DNA of 64,000 bases from Phoronis australis (taxonomy: Eukaryota; Animalia; Phoronida): contig NMRA01000175.1 of NCBI GenBank assembly GCA_002633005.1, positions 528,916-592,915 on the forward strand, written 5' to 3'. Below, in pieces: positions 13,631 to 25,460 of the stretch. Within the stretch, counting starts at the first letter, position 1; each line of letters starts with the position of its first letter. The position numbers and the translations under genes are program-made. The notes under the pieces were generated by a model, which worked only from the letters and a program-made list of their open reading frames with translations, had not been told where the DNA came from and did not search any database.

Positions 13631-14948
13631 TTTTGATGCTAAAGGAGTAGCACATCTGCGTACATACGACCGTTGATAACGTTATGACAAATACACAGTC
13701 ACTGCACAGCGTCCGACGACTCGGACACAGCAAGTCGTACAAAAAATATATTAAATCCTCGCCCAAATTCATTCATTTCATTAGTAATATGTTTTGCTAT
13801 TTTGATCTTGTGCTCACAGCACGCTTTAGCCAGACACCTGATTTGTATTCTCTATTCATTAGAACTTTGGTTTCTTTCAGTCTCCCTAGTACGGGCTTCG
13901 GCATGTATTGTGTACTACAATGTACTCTTGAATTCCTCCCCTGACCCAGTTTCAGTAGATTCATTCCCATACTTAACAAAATTACTAATAATTAAGTTAA
14001 TTATGCATTGCCAATTCAATTGACATTGCGAGTGAATGTTAAGTAGCTAACATGTATCGAATATGTTGACCAAACACAGGTTTGCACTGAATAACCTTTT
14101 CACGACTCGTAACAGTAGCACCTTTTTCTCGGCTTCAGCAAATCGACTTAATTTTAACTTATGAACACAAGTTCTCAAAAGTGGCAGGTTGAATTTCATT
14201 GAAAGTTTCCAATTTTAATATTTATCACCATTCTCAAAAATGCTGTTATGATCTTCCTTTTAAACGCCTAGTTTTTGCGTACCATAAGATTGGACTTACG
14301 TTTTGCACGTTAATTTGGCATGGAAATAAAACAAAAGTGTCAATAGGGGTCACCACAGCAGTTGCACCCATCTAGAAATGAAAATCATCTGTGGTTTTCT
14401 CATAAGGAACATGTTTTCCAATTTTCATAATAATCCTATGAGCATTTCCTCAAATGAAGAGACGGCAAAAACATACAAAAATGGCCACTAGGTTGTCCAA
14501 AATATTTCGAATCCATCTGAAAACAAAAAGGTGTAGTCCTCTCCATAATGGAAATTTATTTGTCGAATTTGAAGAAAATTCCTCTAGGGGGCACAGTGGT
14601 ATTTGGGTTAGTCCGAGACTATTCATCATCTGTCGTCAGCTCCACAGCAACAAATCTGCTAAATTTTACAATAAGCTCCTTCAAAGGGTTACAAAGATAT
14701 CACCGCCAAATTTTACGGAAATCTATCACAGAACATTGAAGGTACAGAGACAAATGTGAAAACTAAAATCGCCACTATAAGCTTCATAGGATAACATTTG
14801 AAAAATCTCATTAAAATCATGCAAGGGTCTAGGAGATAAAGCAGCAGATGCTGGATACCGAAACAAAGATAACAGCAATATGTGTCCACATATGCATATA
14901 ATGTGGGTGCAGCTTTGCAACCTGTCCCACTGCATTCTCCATACAAGA

Positions 14949-15188
14949 GGAGGCAGTGTGGCCTGGTTGATAAGTGCCCGCTTTCTTTACTCGAGGTCGT
15001 GGGTTCGAGTCCCACCAGGTGACACTGCTAAACCCTTGAGCCAGGTTTCTAGCTCCTCAGCTTGGTTTTAGCCATATATCAATAAAGCATAAAAATATTT
15101 CCAGGTGATCAGTGCAATGGGCCCACATGCGAGGCCTGCGCACGTCTGGTACAACGTGTATCAGACCGCCTGCAATTATTTGTTTTAT
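14949..15188 (+). mobile_element. tRNA-derived SINE flanked by 61-bp direct repeats
   Basis: A box TGGCCTGGTTG, B box GGTTCGAGTCCC, followed by a cccttgagccagg central-domain-like stretch. Flanks 14888-14948 and 15189-15249 differ at 2 positions. Confidence 0.85.
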
Positions 15189-15675
15189 ACATATGTATAT
15201 AATGTGGGTGCAACTTTGCAACCTGTCCCACTGCATTCTCCATACAAGACTGCAGAATGCTGCTTGCCACCCACTATGCACCACAAGGCAAGATGGCCAA
15301 GATGCAACATTAAACTGTGTTCAGACCCACTAAACCTGGTTGTAAATTTTTCTGTAACTGTTAAGTAATCATTATTATTCACCCAGGCACTAAAACCTGT
15401 TGTAACCTTAGTGTTAGTCTGCGGTTTCCGTCGCTAGTCATTAGTGATGTCACTTTCCGCTTCCTCCCAATTAGTCCCCAGGTGCACAAACTGAATTTCA
15501 TAATAAATTTTGCTGCTGTGAAGCTGTCATCATCTCCCGAGAGATGTCCTAAAGAATTTAGGAAATGGCGTGTGAGCGCGTCACGAGCATACTGTTTTCA
15601 AAACGATGACAGACTTTTCTTTGTTACAAAAGAGAATTGTGCAAAAAAATTACTTCTATTAGATTGTTAATGTCC

Positions 15676-16296
15676 CCAATACACTATATATATACTACAA
15701 GGTATGACACTCACGACAAGGAATTCCATGGGTACTTCACTTCAGCCGTCCATATCAAATACAAAACTCAATAAATTTACACATAACAGGGGTTCAGCAA
15801 GCCATGAACAATTGTTCTTTCTTCTGATAGCATTTACAGTGTCCTGCTCCATGGGTTCACAACAAAATCATGATCAAAACACAAAATCCTTCCCAAGAAG
15901 CCGATACGTACTGTCAATGTGTCCCACGCAAGTCAGTATGGAATTATCTGATGAGTTACGGATGGACGGCAATTGCCAGTTTATCACGAAAGGTTACAAA
16001 ATGGTTTGGCTAAGTGTGGAGTTATTGATATCGTGACCTTCCGTGATAAATCAGCAATTTCTGTTGGGCACATTGACAGTACGCATCAGCTTTTTGGGAA
16101 GATTTTTGTGCTTTGACCCAGTTTGATCACGAATTTGTTGTGAACTCGCTGGAGCAGGACACCATAAATGCTATTGCTCATGGTTTGTTGAACCTGTTTG
16201 GTGTAAATTTATTGAGTTTTGTGTTTGATATGGATGTCTGAAGTGAAGCACTCGTGGAATTCAAAGCATCATACCTTGTAGTATATAGTGTATTGG
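15676..16296. repeat. ~620-bp imperfect fold-back (long inverted repeat)
   Basis: Left arm runs ccaatacactatat..tacaaggtatga to tttatcacgaaaggttac. Right arm runs gtgaccttccgtgataaa to tcataccttgtagtatatagtgtattgg. Spacer about 36 nt (15997-16032). Confidence 0.92.
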
Positions 16297-16390
16297 AAAC
16301 GATCAGAAGCTGAGGACGCCTGTGCCTTATGGCTGTGCTTCACAACAAGGTGACGACCAGAGCTACCTGGGCTTTGTGAAATTTCAGGGT

Positions 16391-16558
16391 TGTTGTAATT
16401 GCCAAGATTGCCTGACTTCGGGAATCGAACCAGCGACCCCGATTTAACAGGCGAGCCTGTTAACCATTCAGCTTATAGCCCGTTAGCGAGTGGCTAAAAG
16501 AGGCTCATATATGAGTCACGACCGGAATCACTTTCACAACATTCCCCTCCCCCTTTCC
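16391..16558 (-). mobile_element. Mini-LTR (TGTTGT...ACAACA, 151 bp) containing a tRNA-like Pol III promoter, preceded by a polypurine tract (TRIM-retroelement-like remnant)
   Basis: On the minus strand the PPT GGAAAGGGGGAGGGGAA (16558-16542) abuts TGTTGTGAAA. Internal A box TAAGCTGAATGG, loop CTGTTAA, B box GGTTCGATTCCC. Ends TTACAACA at 16391. Confidence 0.6.
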
Positions 16559-17159
16559 TATGAACAAGCGCGTCAGCTGCCAGGTGAACATTTACATTAT
16601 GACTGTACACATACTTTACATAATGCTTGTATTATAGTACAGGCTGTGCATGCACCTTACACTTAAGGGTCTAACGGAGCTCAAAAAACAGTGGTAACTA
16701 GCTGAATTTTTACGACAGTCTTCATTCAGCTAGTTGGCTGGCTACCTCTAGTACTACTAGACAGTCGAGCCTAGACTCAAAAATAGAGAATAGAATCGAA
16801 TCGACCTCTCGTCCGAGTCGACAGGTGCAACAGTGGCGTTTGTTTACCGACTACTAACTACGCAAGCCGGGCTGGTTAGCTAACTAACTATACCTTCAAC
16901 TGCTCTGCAGGAGCACATTGGAGATTTAATAGTGGCATATATAACAAATAAATAATTAAACTCTCAACTAAATTTGGAAAAATACCTTCCGAGGCCAGTG
17001 CGAGACAACAAACGACCAAAGCTATTGCCGACATCTTGGAAGCTTTGTGAGTGGCACATGATCGTCATATGACTTTTATACAACATATAGCGCACTCTCC
17101 TGGACATAATTTGAGTTATTGTAGACTGCATGATGAAGACTGGTTCCGAGAAACTCATT

Positions 17160-17620
17160 TCCAAGATAGATACATCGATAGATAAACGTTTATTCAAAGT
17201 CGGGTCAAGGGTTAAAAAATGACAACAAGTGCTATTTACCGAAAACTATATAAACAAAAACAAGAAGTTATAAAACTATAAAAACACGTAAAATAAAAAC
17301 CTACGGGCTCAGGCCTGAGAAATGTCGACCATTAGCGCTAACACAAGTACCATTGTGGGATGACACAGCATACATCAAAAGAATTACATTAACATGTGGC
17401 ACTAAGAAAGTTTATTACTTGTAGTTTAAAGTCTTGAACATCTGAAATACATCTGACCCTGTTAGAGAGGGACTGATCTGAATTCGTCGGTGTGGCATAA
17501 AGAGTTGTAACCGTGAGTTCTTGTGTTAAAAACTGATTACTTAGAGTTCTCTTGATGCGAAGATCGTGAGAATTTTCTTTGAAATTGAAAACGTCTCCAA
17601 GGCAACATGGGGCAAATGAA
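17160..17620 (-). mobile_element. 3' end of a truncated LINE
   Basis: ORF end SLSNRVRCISDVQDFKLQVINFL resembles a LINE ORF2 C-terminus, followed by a T-rich 3'UTR, AATAAA and a (TATC)n-like tail. Confidence 0.5.
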
Positions 17621-17699
17621 GTGAGTAGGCCTATGTTTGAAAACTTCAGTGCATAGCTGTTACCGGCCCGTTGCGACTTTTCGGCCGCTATGCATCCAT

Positions 17700-17940
17700 G
17701 CAGTTCTGGCTGAAACAAAATAATTGCTCTATAACCCTTGACAACCCTCAAAGGTTTGGAGGAAAATTTGAAAACTCCTTTCAAGGCAAGCATGACTTAC
17801 GCTTTTACAACTGTGGGAAAAGCCGATCCTGACCCAATGAGGACCATAATAATGGATTCTTGATTCCTGCCTTTATTTTTGATTAACACCAATGATGACG
17901 GAATGAGGATTGGTTGATATCTTCAAAACAGGGTTAATAG
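17700..17940 (+). repeat. Dispersed repeat, second copy at ~41725-42005
   Basis: Shared acaaccctcaaa(g/a)gtttggaggaaaa..aaactcctttcaa, caactgtgggaaaag and gattcctgccttta blocks. Confidence 0.75.
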
Positions 17941-18739
17941 GATATAAACCTAGCGTGTGGTTCACGGCCATAAGCTGAATGTTTCATAGTGTATTTGGCG
18001 TGTGCAAACACCGAGCTGTCTTTACGAAGTGTCACAGCTTTGAGGGTTGCGGCAACTCCGGCGTTATGACTTCGTCTATCCGATGCTCTAGGTCTGTCGT
18101 CAAGAACTGCTTATCAGCTTGTAAGGAACACTGATCTAAGGTTCTATTGCGAGGTGAGCGGGCTTCACGACTTCACGGCAATCAAACACTGGCTAAATAA
18201 ATTGATATCGCAGACTAAAACTGGTGACTTTCGAACAACTTGGCATTTGGAATTCTCTACATTCAAATCCGCACACGATGCCGGGTAATTTTCAGGGCAA
18301 GATATGCGCACTTTATCTACAGAGTTACTATACAGAAATGCATAAATTAAAAAACTGATGTTAAGATAAAAATGACATATGATTACGAATGTAAAGAAAT
18401 GTAAATAAGTTATTTTACATGTATACAGTTTTATCGACTCACACAAATAGATCTTATATTAAAAACAGATTTTGATAATATTTCGAATAAAACCTTATTT
18501 TCATTTGGGTTGAATTATTTACATCTATATAGAAAAAATAATTTTGTTATGCATTTGAGGAATATCAGAATATTTTTGTAAACATTGGGTTATTGTACGA
18601 GTGTCTAGAAAAGCTGTACCCTCTGCTCCTTGCATACCTCACAAGCAAAGAAAATATGAGCATTTGTTTGGGTGTCTCTAGAGGAACACAGAGGTGAAAT
18701 GTTATTAAAATTAGGTCTAAATTTGTCGTTGTTTNAAAA

Positions 18740-20260
18740 ATAGTCCGCATCTTAATGTGTATAGGATTATTTCAAGGTTGTAAGGAAGTTGGAATGATGT
18801 CAATGGGACTGGCAACTCTTGGGTTGTGCTACGCAGTTTTAAATTATTTTTGAGAGTGACGATTGAAGTGCTCTCTTTTATTTTGGATGGTAAGGAATTT
18901 CAGTTGCCAATGCAAGTTAATATCGTAGATCTCGTAAAGGATTGGCTGAGGGAAGATGGTATAGTGTATATACACGTATTACATTGTCGCAGTCCTGGCC
19001 TTGTGTTAAGTCTTCTGTTAGAGTCAATTGAGGATTTTGTTTGAATAATTGTTCATGTTGTTTAAGGCTTTCAATGTATACATGGGCAGGTGGAGTTTAC
19101 GACGGGTTGCTAGTTTGCTCCAGTTGAGACTGTTTAGAACCTTGATTGTACAGTTGAGATTTTAAAGATGTCTTGAAGTATGGGGGAAGTTCCTACATAT
19201 GGGTAGAGTGTAAGCATTACAACTGGAGCTTGATATAATCCAAAGGGTCCTTTTCTGGGCTGTCTGGAGTTTCTTAGTGTTGCCAAAACCCCAAGTTGAA
19301 ATTGGTCGTAGTTTAAATGTGGGAGGACAAGTGAATTATACATTAACTTGAAAGCTGAGAGAGGAAGATAAAATTTCAATTCCTAAATGAGTCCACCGAG
19401 TTTATTCAGTTTGTTTGAAATGAGGTTTATGTGTTTATGTGGGGGGGCACCACGAGACGTTTTTGTCAACGGCACCAAGGAAAAGGAAATCGTCCAAGTG
19501 ACTGGTTATTTTGGTATTTATATAAACGGTGGAAATAAAGCATTTTTATCTTTCTTTTGGGAGTAGTGGAAGATCATTCATTTACTTTTTGATGTATTAT
19601 TTGACTCGCTGTTCACGGAAAACCAGACTGAAATAGATTCAAGGTGACTGTTGATCGTGGCTGATTGTTGTAAAGTGTGTTGGGAAGATTCAGAGGGTGT
19701 GACGAGACAAGTGTCGTCAGCATAAAGAAGTGTATCCATGGGAGAATACGGGAGATCATTGATGTAACTTAAAAAGAAAAGTAGGCCAAGGACAGAACCT
19801 TGGGGAACTCCGGTAGATACTGGTAAGCAACTTGTGTTTGGATATTTTTTCTATAATTTTCGAAATTGTGGGGAGAATAGTAGTGGGTCTATAATTGCCA
19901 TGGTGATCTGGGTTCAAATGATACTGATTAAAAATAGGGATTTTCCTTTTGCAATCTTGACAACATCTGGAAATATCGATATCGGTGTGCAAGCATTGGT
20001 TAATGGTGGTCGTGAGAGGTTCAATTATAAAAGAACTGCTCATTTTGATAATTTTGGATAAGTTGTCGTGAAAAGTGCTATTTATTTGCGTCCATTTCCC
20101 TTATAATATGTTGTACAAATTTATTATTTACGTGTTTGAAAGACATTTCATTTGGCTGGGAAGATAGCCTTTGAAACTCTTGTTGATTCAGAAAGAGAGT
20201 GGGCCGATTTGGGTAAAGTAGATGTTGACTAAACTTGCCACTTCGGGTAGGTCACTGGTT
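18740..20260 (-). mobile_element. Decayed CR1/L2-group LINE ORF2 (reverse transcriptase)
   Basis: Fragments NYRPTTILPTISKIIEK, GVPQGSVLG, YINDL, LLYADDT and LMYNSLVLPHLNY, with many frameshifts. Confidence 0.88.
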
Positions 20261-20917
20261 TTAGTCTTATGTGAACGACATTCTGGGGTACCTTCGGTCT
20301 CGGTCGATACGCGGAATAATGTCTCGTGGGATATTACTTCATCAACGCCACTCTCGGTACGTTTTGTCTATGTATATATTCTACATTTTGTCAAACAATA
20401 GAATCCTTCAGAGGATTTGGATCGCCTCATTTAGTGTCAAAATTATTTTTTTTACGTTACAGATATTTTAAAACGCAACGAAAAATACATGCGTAAGGCG
20501 TGGGTGTTAATTCACAATTCACACGTTCACAACGACGATACTGATTACCTCAATTACAAAGAGAGTAAATTGGCATGGCACTGTTCGACTGATGAGAAAC
20601 TTTATAGCAAAAGCCATGTCTGTTCGTAAAAAGTTAATTAACATTTAAGATATCTGATTTTTGTATATCAATGATATCTACAAGGCTAGCCTCTGAGGCT
20701 TGGAATTCTTTTCTTGAATGTGACGTACGTATTTACTACATACAAAAACAATGTCAATGTAAGGAGAATTATTGGAGTCGGAAACTGAGACTTCTTCCAC
20801 ATGTAGCAGATCAGATAAACTGCGATTGTCATGAATGTGAATCGTGATACATTTCCTTTATGACGTCACCTACAGAATTTAATGGCAGATTATACATGTA
20901 CGTTAGGGTAAGTCCTG

Positions 20918-21165
20918 GAGCCCGTTCCAATAAAATTGACTTAGCAAAGACAAAGCTTAAATTTCAGTCCATTTAACTTAAACTTGTTTCAAGACCGTTT
21001 AAACAAAGCTAAGAGATCCTAAATTTGACTTAAGTTTTTGACATAATTTTTATGTTAATTTTGACTGTCTTACCATTACTAGTGCCGGATATGGAAGTTT
21101 CAAAGTTTAGAAGAATCTTAGACTTAAGTCAAAAACGAACTTAATCATTTTCTTGGAACGGGTCC
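20918..21165. mobile_element. PIF/Harbinger-type MITE with CTG target-site duplication
   Basis: TIRs GAGCCCGTTCCAA / TTGGAACGGGTCC. CTG at 20915-20917 and 21166-21168. Homologous to 52777-52996. Confidence 0.85.
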
Positions 21166-21355
21166 CTGATTTACAACGCTTTTTAATTTGTTACAGTAAA
21201 ATAATCTTTTCCAAGCAAAACACTTCGTTACGCTCTGAAGATTAAAAGGAATTTGACAAACAGTGGTTACAGTCACGTGATGATCATGGCTTAATTTCTC
21301 TTTTTAACTGTAATTTCAGGTCCAAGGAAAGTTCATGTGACCTGGCTCTGTTCAA

Positions 21356-22546
21356 ATGTATTGTTTTGACAACATCCGCCGGCGCAAGTTTCTATTTTAC
21401 TTTGATGGTTCCAACGACAGTTTTGTAAAGTGCGCGTGGCCAATCAACGTGAATTGTTTCTTGATTTACCGTGGAGTCGTAGCCCTTTATGTGCTCACAC
21501 TTTTCTTACTAGAGCCAATTTTAGTTGTCAAGGTTTACGAATTGCCTGGTGAAGTTGCGTGGAAGTGTTTTGCACACTTCGAAGTGTGGCATAACGGTGT
21601 TGTAGTCTTGTATTTTATGGTGGCGTTTATTACGCAACTTTACAGATTTAAAATCAAGAAAAACGAGATATCTCCAAAGGAAAGTCTCAACAGTGGTAGC
21701 AGTGAAGGAAACTTCCACGCGAATAGTTTAAAGGTTACCTTGCCGAGGTCTTCAGCAGAAACCACTCTCAGGTCGAGTGTTATCGACACAAAAAAGATGG
21801 CAGATGAAAACTCGATCCATTCTCACCTAGTATTTAATCTTCCGCATGACACACTAAAGTGGTACAATAAAACACGATGGGTTCTTCTAAACATTTCATT
21901 CAATGCCGGAATATTGCTAGTGACTATATTTTGGGTGACGTTCTTTTTAATCAAGCCGGCGAAAAAGAAATTTCATTTCGTAGACTTCCACCGGAACATA
22001 ATCGGGTTTAGTCTACTCATATTGGAGATGGGACTTATATCACATCCTGTGTACATTGAACATTTCTGGCACACCAGTGTATTTGGTTGTATTTACTTTG
22101 CTTTTGTCACCACATATGTATTCAACGGCGGAACTGATCTACACGGCGATAATAGAGTGGACATGATTGACCCTAATAACATGGGACTCGTTGCAGCGTT
22201 CTTAGCATGCAATATGTTACTGGGACTCTTAAACCAGGTCCTAGCTGTCGTGCTGGTTACCTTAAGAAAAAAAGTCGCCTTACAGTTTTGTACTGCACAC
22301 TCAGAGGAAATGGTGAAAGTCACCGTCAAAGCGGATATTTCGCAACTATGTCAACCGGGTAAAAATGCCTACAGTGACGCCTACTTTGAGAGAAACTTTC
22401 AGCAAACGGTAGCCAGTCATGGTGGTAAAAAGAAAGGCGATCTCAAAGCCAGCACATGTTCGTTAAACCCGACAATACTGAAACACCAAGTCAGCGGCTT
22501 GGGAGGTCTCAACACTGCTGAGTCACATTCATCAAGACTTTCTTAA
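21356..22546 (+). CDS. Rolling stone (Rost)-like multipass membrane protein, 396 aa, intronless CDS
   Basis: Long clean ORF with N-terminal SFVKCAWP..FLIYR, LKWYNKTRWVLLNISFN, FWV, LILEMGLISHPVYIEHFW..FGCIYFAF..Y...GGTD..G and several hydrophobic helices, matching the rolling-stone pattern. Acceptor tttcag| at 21320 implies a 5'UTR intron. Confidence 0.8.
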   Translation: MYCFDNIRRRKFLFYFDGSNDSFVKCAWPINVNCFLIYRGVVALYVLTLFLLEPILVVKVYELPGEVAWKCFAHFEVWHNGVVVLYFMVAFITQLYRFKIKKNEISPKESLNSGSSEGNFHANSLKVTLPRSSAETTLRSSVIDTKKMADENSIHSHLVFNLPHDTLKWYNKTRWVLLNISFNAGILLVTIFWVTFFLIKPAKKKFHFVDFHRNIIGFSLLILEMGLISHPVYIEHFWHTSVFGCIYFAFVTTYVFNGGTDLHGDNRVDMIDPNNMGLVAAFLACNMLLGLLNQVLAVVLVTLRKKVALQFCTAHSEEMVKVTVKADISQLCQPGKNAYSDAYFERNFQQTVASHGGKKKGDLKASTCSLNPTILKHQVSGLGGLNTAESHSSRLS

Positions 22547-23742
22547 GAAGCAACCACTTGTGCAGCGTATCAAAATATATATTTCATATCGAGACCTTGT
22601 CCGTCTTCATACTAGCGCTCGATTGCAGTCCGAAGCCAGCATAGCGCAGGGGGTGGTTCGAAGAGTGGACCTTTGATATTTTGTAAACGTCGACACTGTG
22701 GAGTTTACATTAAGGCCACCAGTTGACGCAGCTTAATCAGGGGGAAGAAAAATTGGTTCACGCAGCGATGACTCTCAGCTCTATGCTTTTTTGATGAGAC
22801 GGAATACCAGAGATGAGGATGCCGGGACGGTTGCTCGCAAAGAATGGGACTCAATTCGGATGTAATCAGTGTGGTCCAAAACTTTCTCGGGTTACTTCTT
22901 GCCAAATTTTGAAATGAGGCATGCTAAAATGAATGATTACACGTACCTGGACGGAAATATCCAGTCGGAGAACAACTTGACGAAATTTTTTATCAAGTTA
23001 TATTTTTGCGCGTTACTTAAGTCGTTGGAAAATGGGAACAGCCCACTATGGCCTACTCACCAATTCGGTTCGCCATTCCGAAAGATCATTACTTCGGAGG
23101 TTCACTACTACTTTTACATGCAAAAATGAATGATACTTCGGTTATTAGATACACTGAATGGTGCACCTGTACCGAAAACAACGCCCGGGTATTAAAATAT
23201 TTTGTTTGGATGTCATCCGCTTGCGAAATTGCTCACATGTCTTACGAACACAGAAAAATGAAAACGTTATTGCATTTTAAAAAATATGGAGTGGGAATAT
23301 TAATGAATTATCAACCACGATACATTCATCAAATCCATGTCAAGGTCGCATCATTTCACAGCGCGACTGAAAAGTTTAGGACCGCTGCGCCTGAACCTCA
23401 CCCACCGGAACCACGCACGAAATTAAATGTAGTTAGCAGGCTTCTCTGGCCCTGCCAGTCTTTACTAAGTCAGAGACCCCTTTCAGTCTTCTTAAATTTA
23501 AAACCTTTGGTCGCCGCAGCCCTGACCCGTGCCCCAGATGTGGTCCATGCTTGATGAGAATGAGTCGTTAGATTCAAGAATCGCGACTGGCAGTGATTGG
23601 AACTGAGCTCGTAAACAAAGTAATCAATGAATTAAGAACTATTCAACTTTTGCACACCCTTTAAATGGTTACTAAATGGACACAAATGCAATACTTTATT
23701 CATCTCCGTTAAGACTCATTACCAGGTAATCAGAGCAATGAA

Positions 23743-23955
23743 CTGTGTGACTCAGTGGTTTAAGGTCCGGACTCTTGTTCGGGAGACCTGGGTTTGAATC
23801 GGCTGGCTTCACTGGCTGACAATCGCGCATTGCTCAAAGGTGTACTTCTCTGAGCTCGGTCTTACTAATGAATGAGTGCAAGGGTGTGAATTAGAATCTG
23901 GATATAATGCGAAAGAGACTCCTGGGGCTGTGCTTATATGTAAGAAAAAAAAAAC
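23743..23955 (+). mobile_element. Degenerate tRNA-derived SINE with A-tail
   Basis: A box TGACTCAGTGG, B-box-like GGTTTGAATC, ends cttatatgtaagaaaaaaaaaa. Confidence 0.6.
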
Positions 23956-24599
23956 AACTGTCGGAGTTCTGGTTTTGGAATTGTGCACATTCGAATTGTA
24001 ATATTCTGTGTACTATCAAGACGAAGGCAAAAGAGACTTGTTTCGATATAAATATAAGTATCTATTAAATGAACTGAACTGTATGTTGTACAAAGCGTGA
24101 CTGAGGCTACACAGCTACTGGCATGCACTATAAATACAATGTTGGAGGCCAACATTAATTAATGTGGTCGCCATGATTAACTCTGACAGTCTCTAAACAA
24201 ATACTGGAAGTGTACAATGAGCTCATCATGTTACACGAAGTAGTGAACTTTCGGAGGTGTCGAACCGATCGGAGTAGCGAACTTTCGGAATAGCGGCGTC
24301 TAACCTTGGAAATCTTTTCCATCAAGTTACTTGCTCCTACGACGTCTGTGAGGCTGTACACCATTCACACACTATTGACAAGAGAAGACTATCTTCATTG
24401 GCCCGTTTTTTTTTTGGGTCTAGACCTACTTTTCCCAAAAAATGTGAACATGCTCGTCGGTGTTTTCTCAGTTCAAGAAAACACGGTTATAGTTAAATTC
24501 TGTTTTTTCAGCAGCGATAGAGAGCTGCCTGTAGTTAACTTACCGTCGGCTTCTACTGAATTTAAAAGGACGGAAACGCACACAGGTGCACACGCATGC

Positions 24600-25460
24600 A
24601 TGCCAATCCACCAATCCACAGTCGAAATGGACACTGGATGAAACCACACCCAGTGTATTTGGCGAACACGTTCAATTCCAAATTTGAAAACGCCATGCTG
24701 TTAGAATTTGTGGCTTTTAAGATCCTACGCATCCATGTTATCTTAACTGCCTTTACAAAAGAATAAACATCTATCACTTTACAACCACCAGTCATAAGTT
24801 CTGTAGCCTGAGTTCCGCATTTAACAAAGATAATAATTCGTCGGAAATTTGAAAAAAGTCAAAGCGTGATTTGTTAACTGTTTTTTTCCTACTCCATATA
24901 AAAGAGGTATGATCCGGATCGTACACTCTCCAAGGGTCAACCAAATCAAATATTTGCTTTAAATTTAAAACTGTTTTTCTAGCCTGAGGATTGTTCAGAT
25001 TGATGTAACCAAAACAGTCTCGGTCATAGTCTTGGACCAAATTCCAATCTTCGCACAGAACAATAAATTCGGTGTTGAACACAGAGATGCGATCTGCTAT
25101 GTTTTCACAAAAAGTGGAGAATCTTGGTTAGGACCGTATATGTAGGCTAGGGTAACTGTGATAATTTTTTAAACACTATTTCTATAATTAAAAGCTTCCT
25201 TTTTCGTCATTATAGCTATGTAATTTCATGTTCAAAATTATTATTAATTAGGATAGTCACACCCCGTGCATCACTTCTACCCGGACTCACAAAAATGTCA
25301 AAGCCCCACTGGGCCCTAATCATATCATGGTCTGATTTTATGAAATGTGTCTTGGAGACAATAAATATTATATATTTTTTCCTTTTAGATAATTAAAAAC
25401 ATCCTTAGGTTTTTGAAAATTTCGTAAACCTCTGCAGTTTAAAGACATAACGTTAATCAT
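24600..25460 (-). mobile_element. Internally deleted L1/Tx1-clade LINE: APE endonuclease fused to post-RT region
   Basis: MINVMSLNCRGLR, YGPN, DWNLVQD, DPWR and SRFDFFQIS, then a jump at about 24795 to GGCKVIDV..KAVKITWMRRIL. Confidence 0.85.

Noticed and set aside
14949-15022. Possible tRNA genes here and at 16411-16481, 23743-23800 and ~51590-51650
   Set aside because: A/B boxes are present but acceptor and anticodon stems do not pair well and there is no oligo-T terminator; interpreted as SINE or LTR-embedded heads.
23048-23554. 168-aa + strand ORF
   Set aside because: No recognisable motif or splice context, and it runs through repeat-like sequence.
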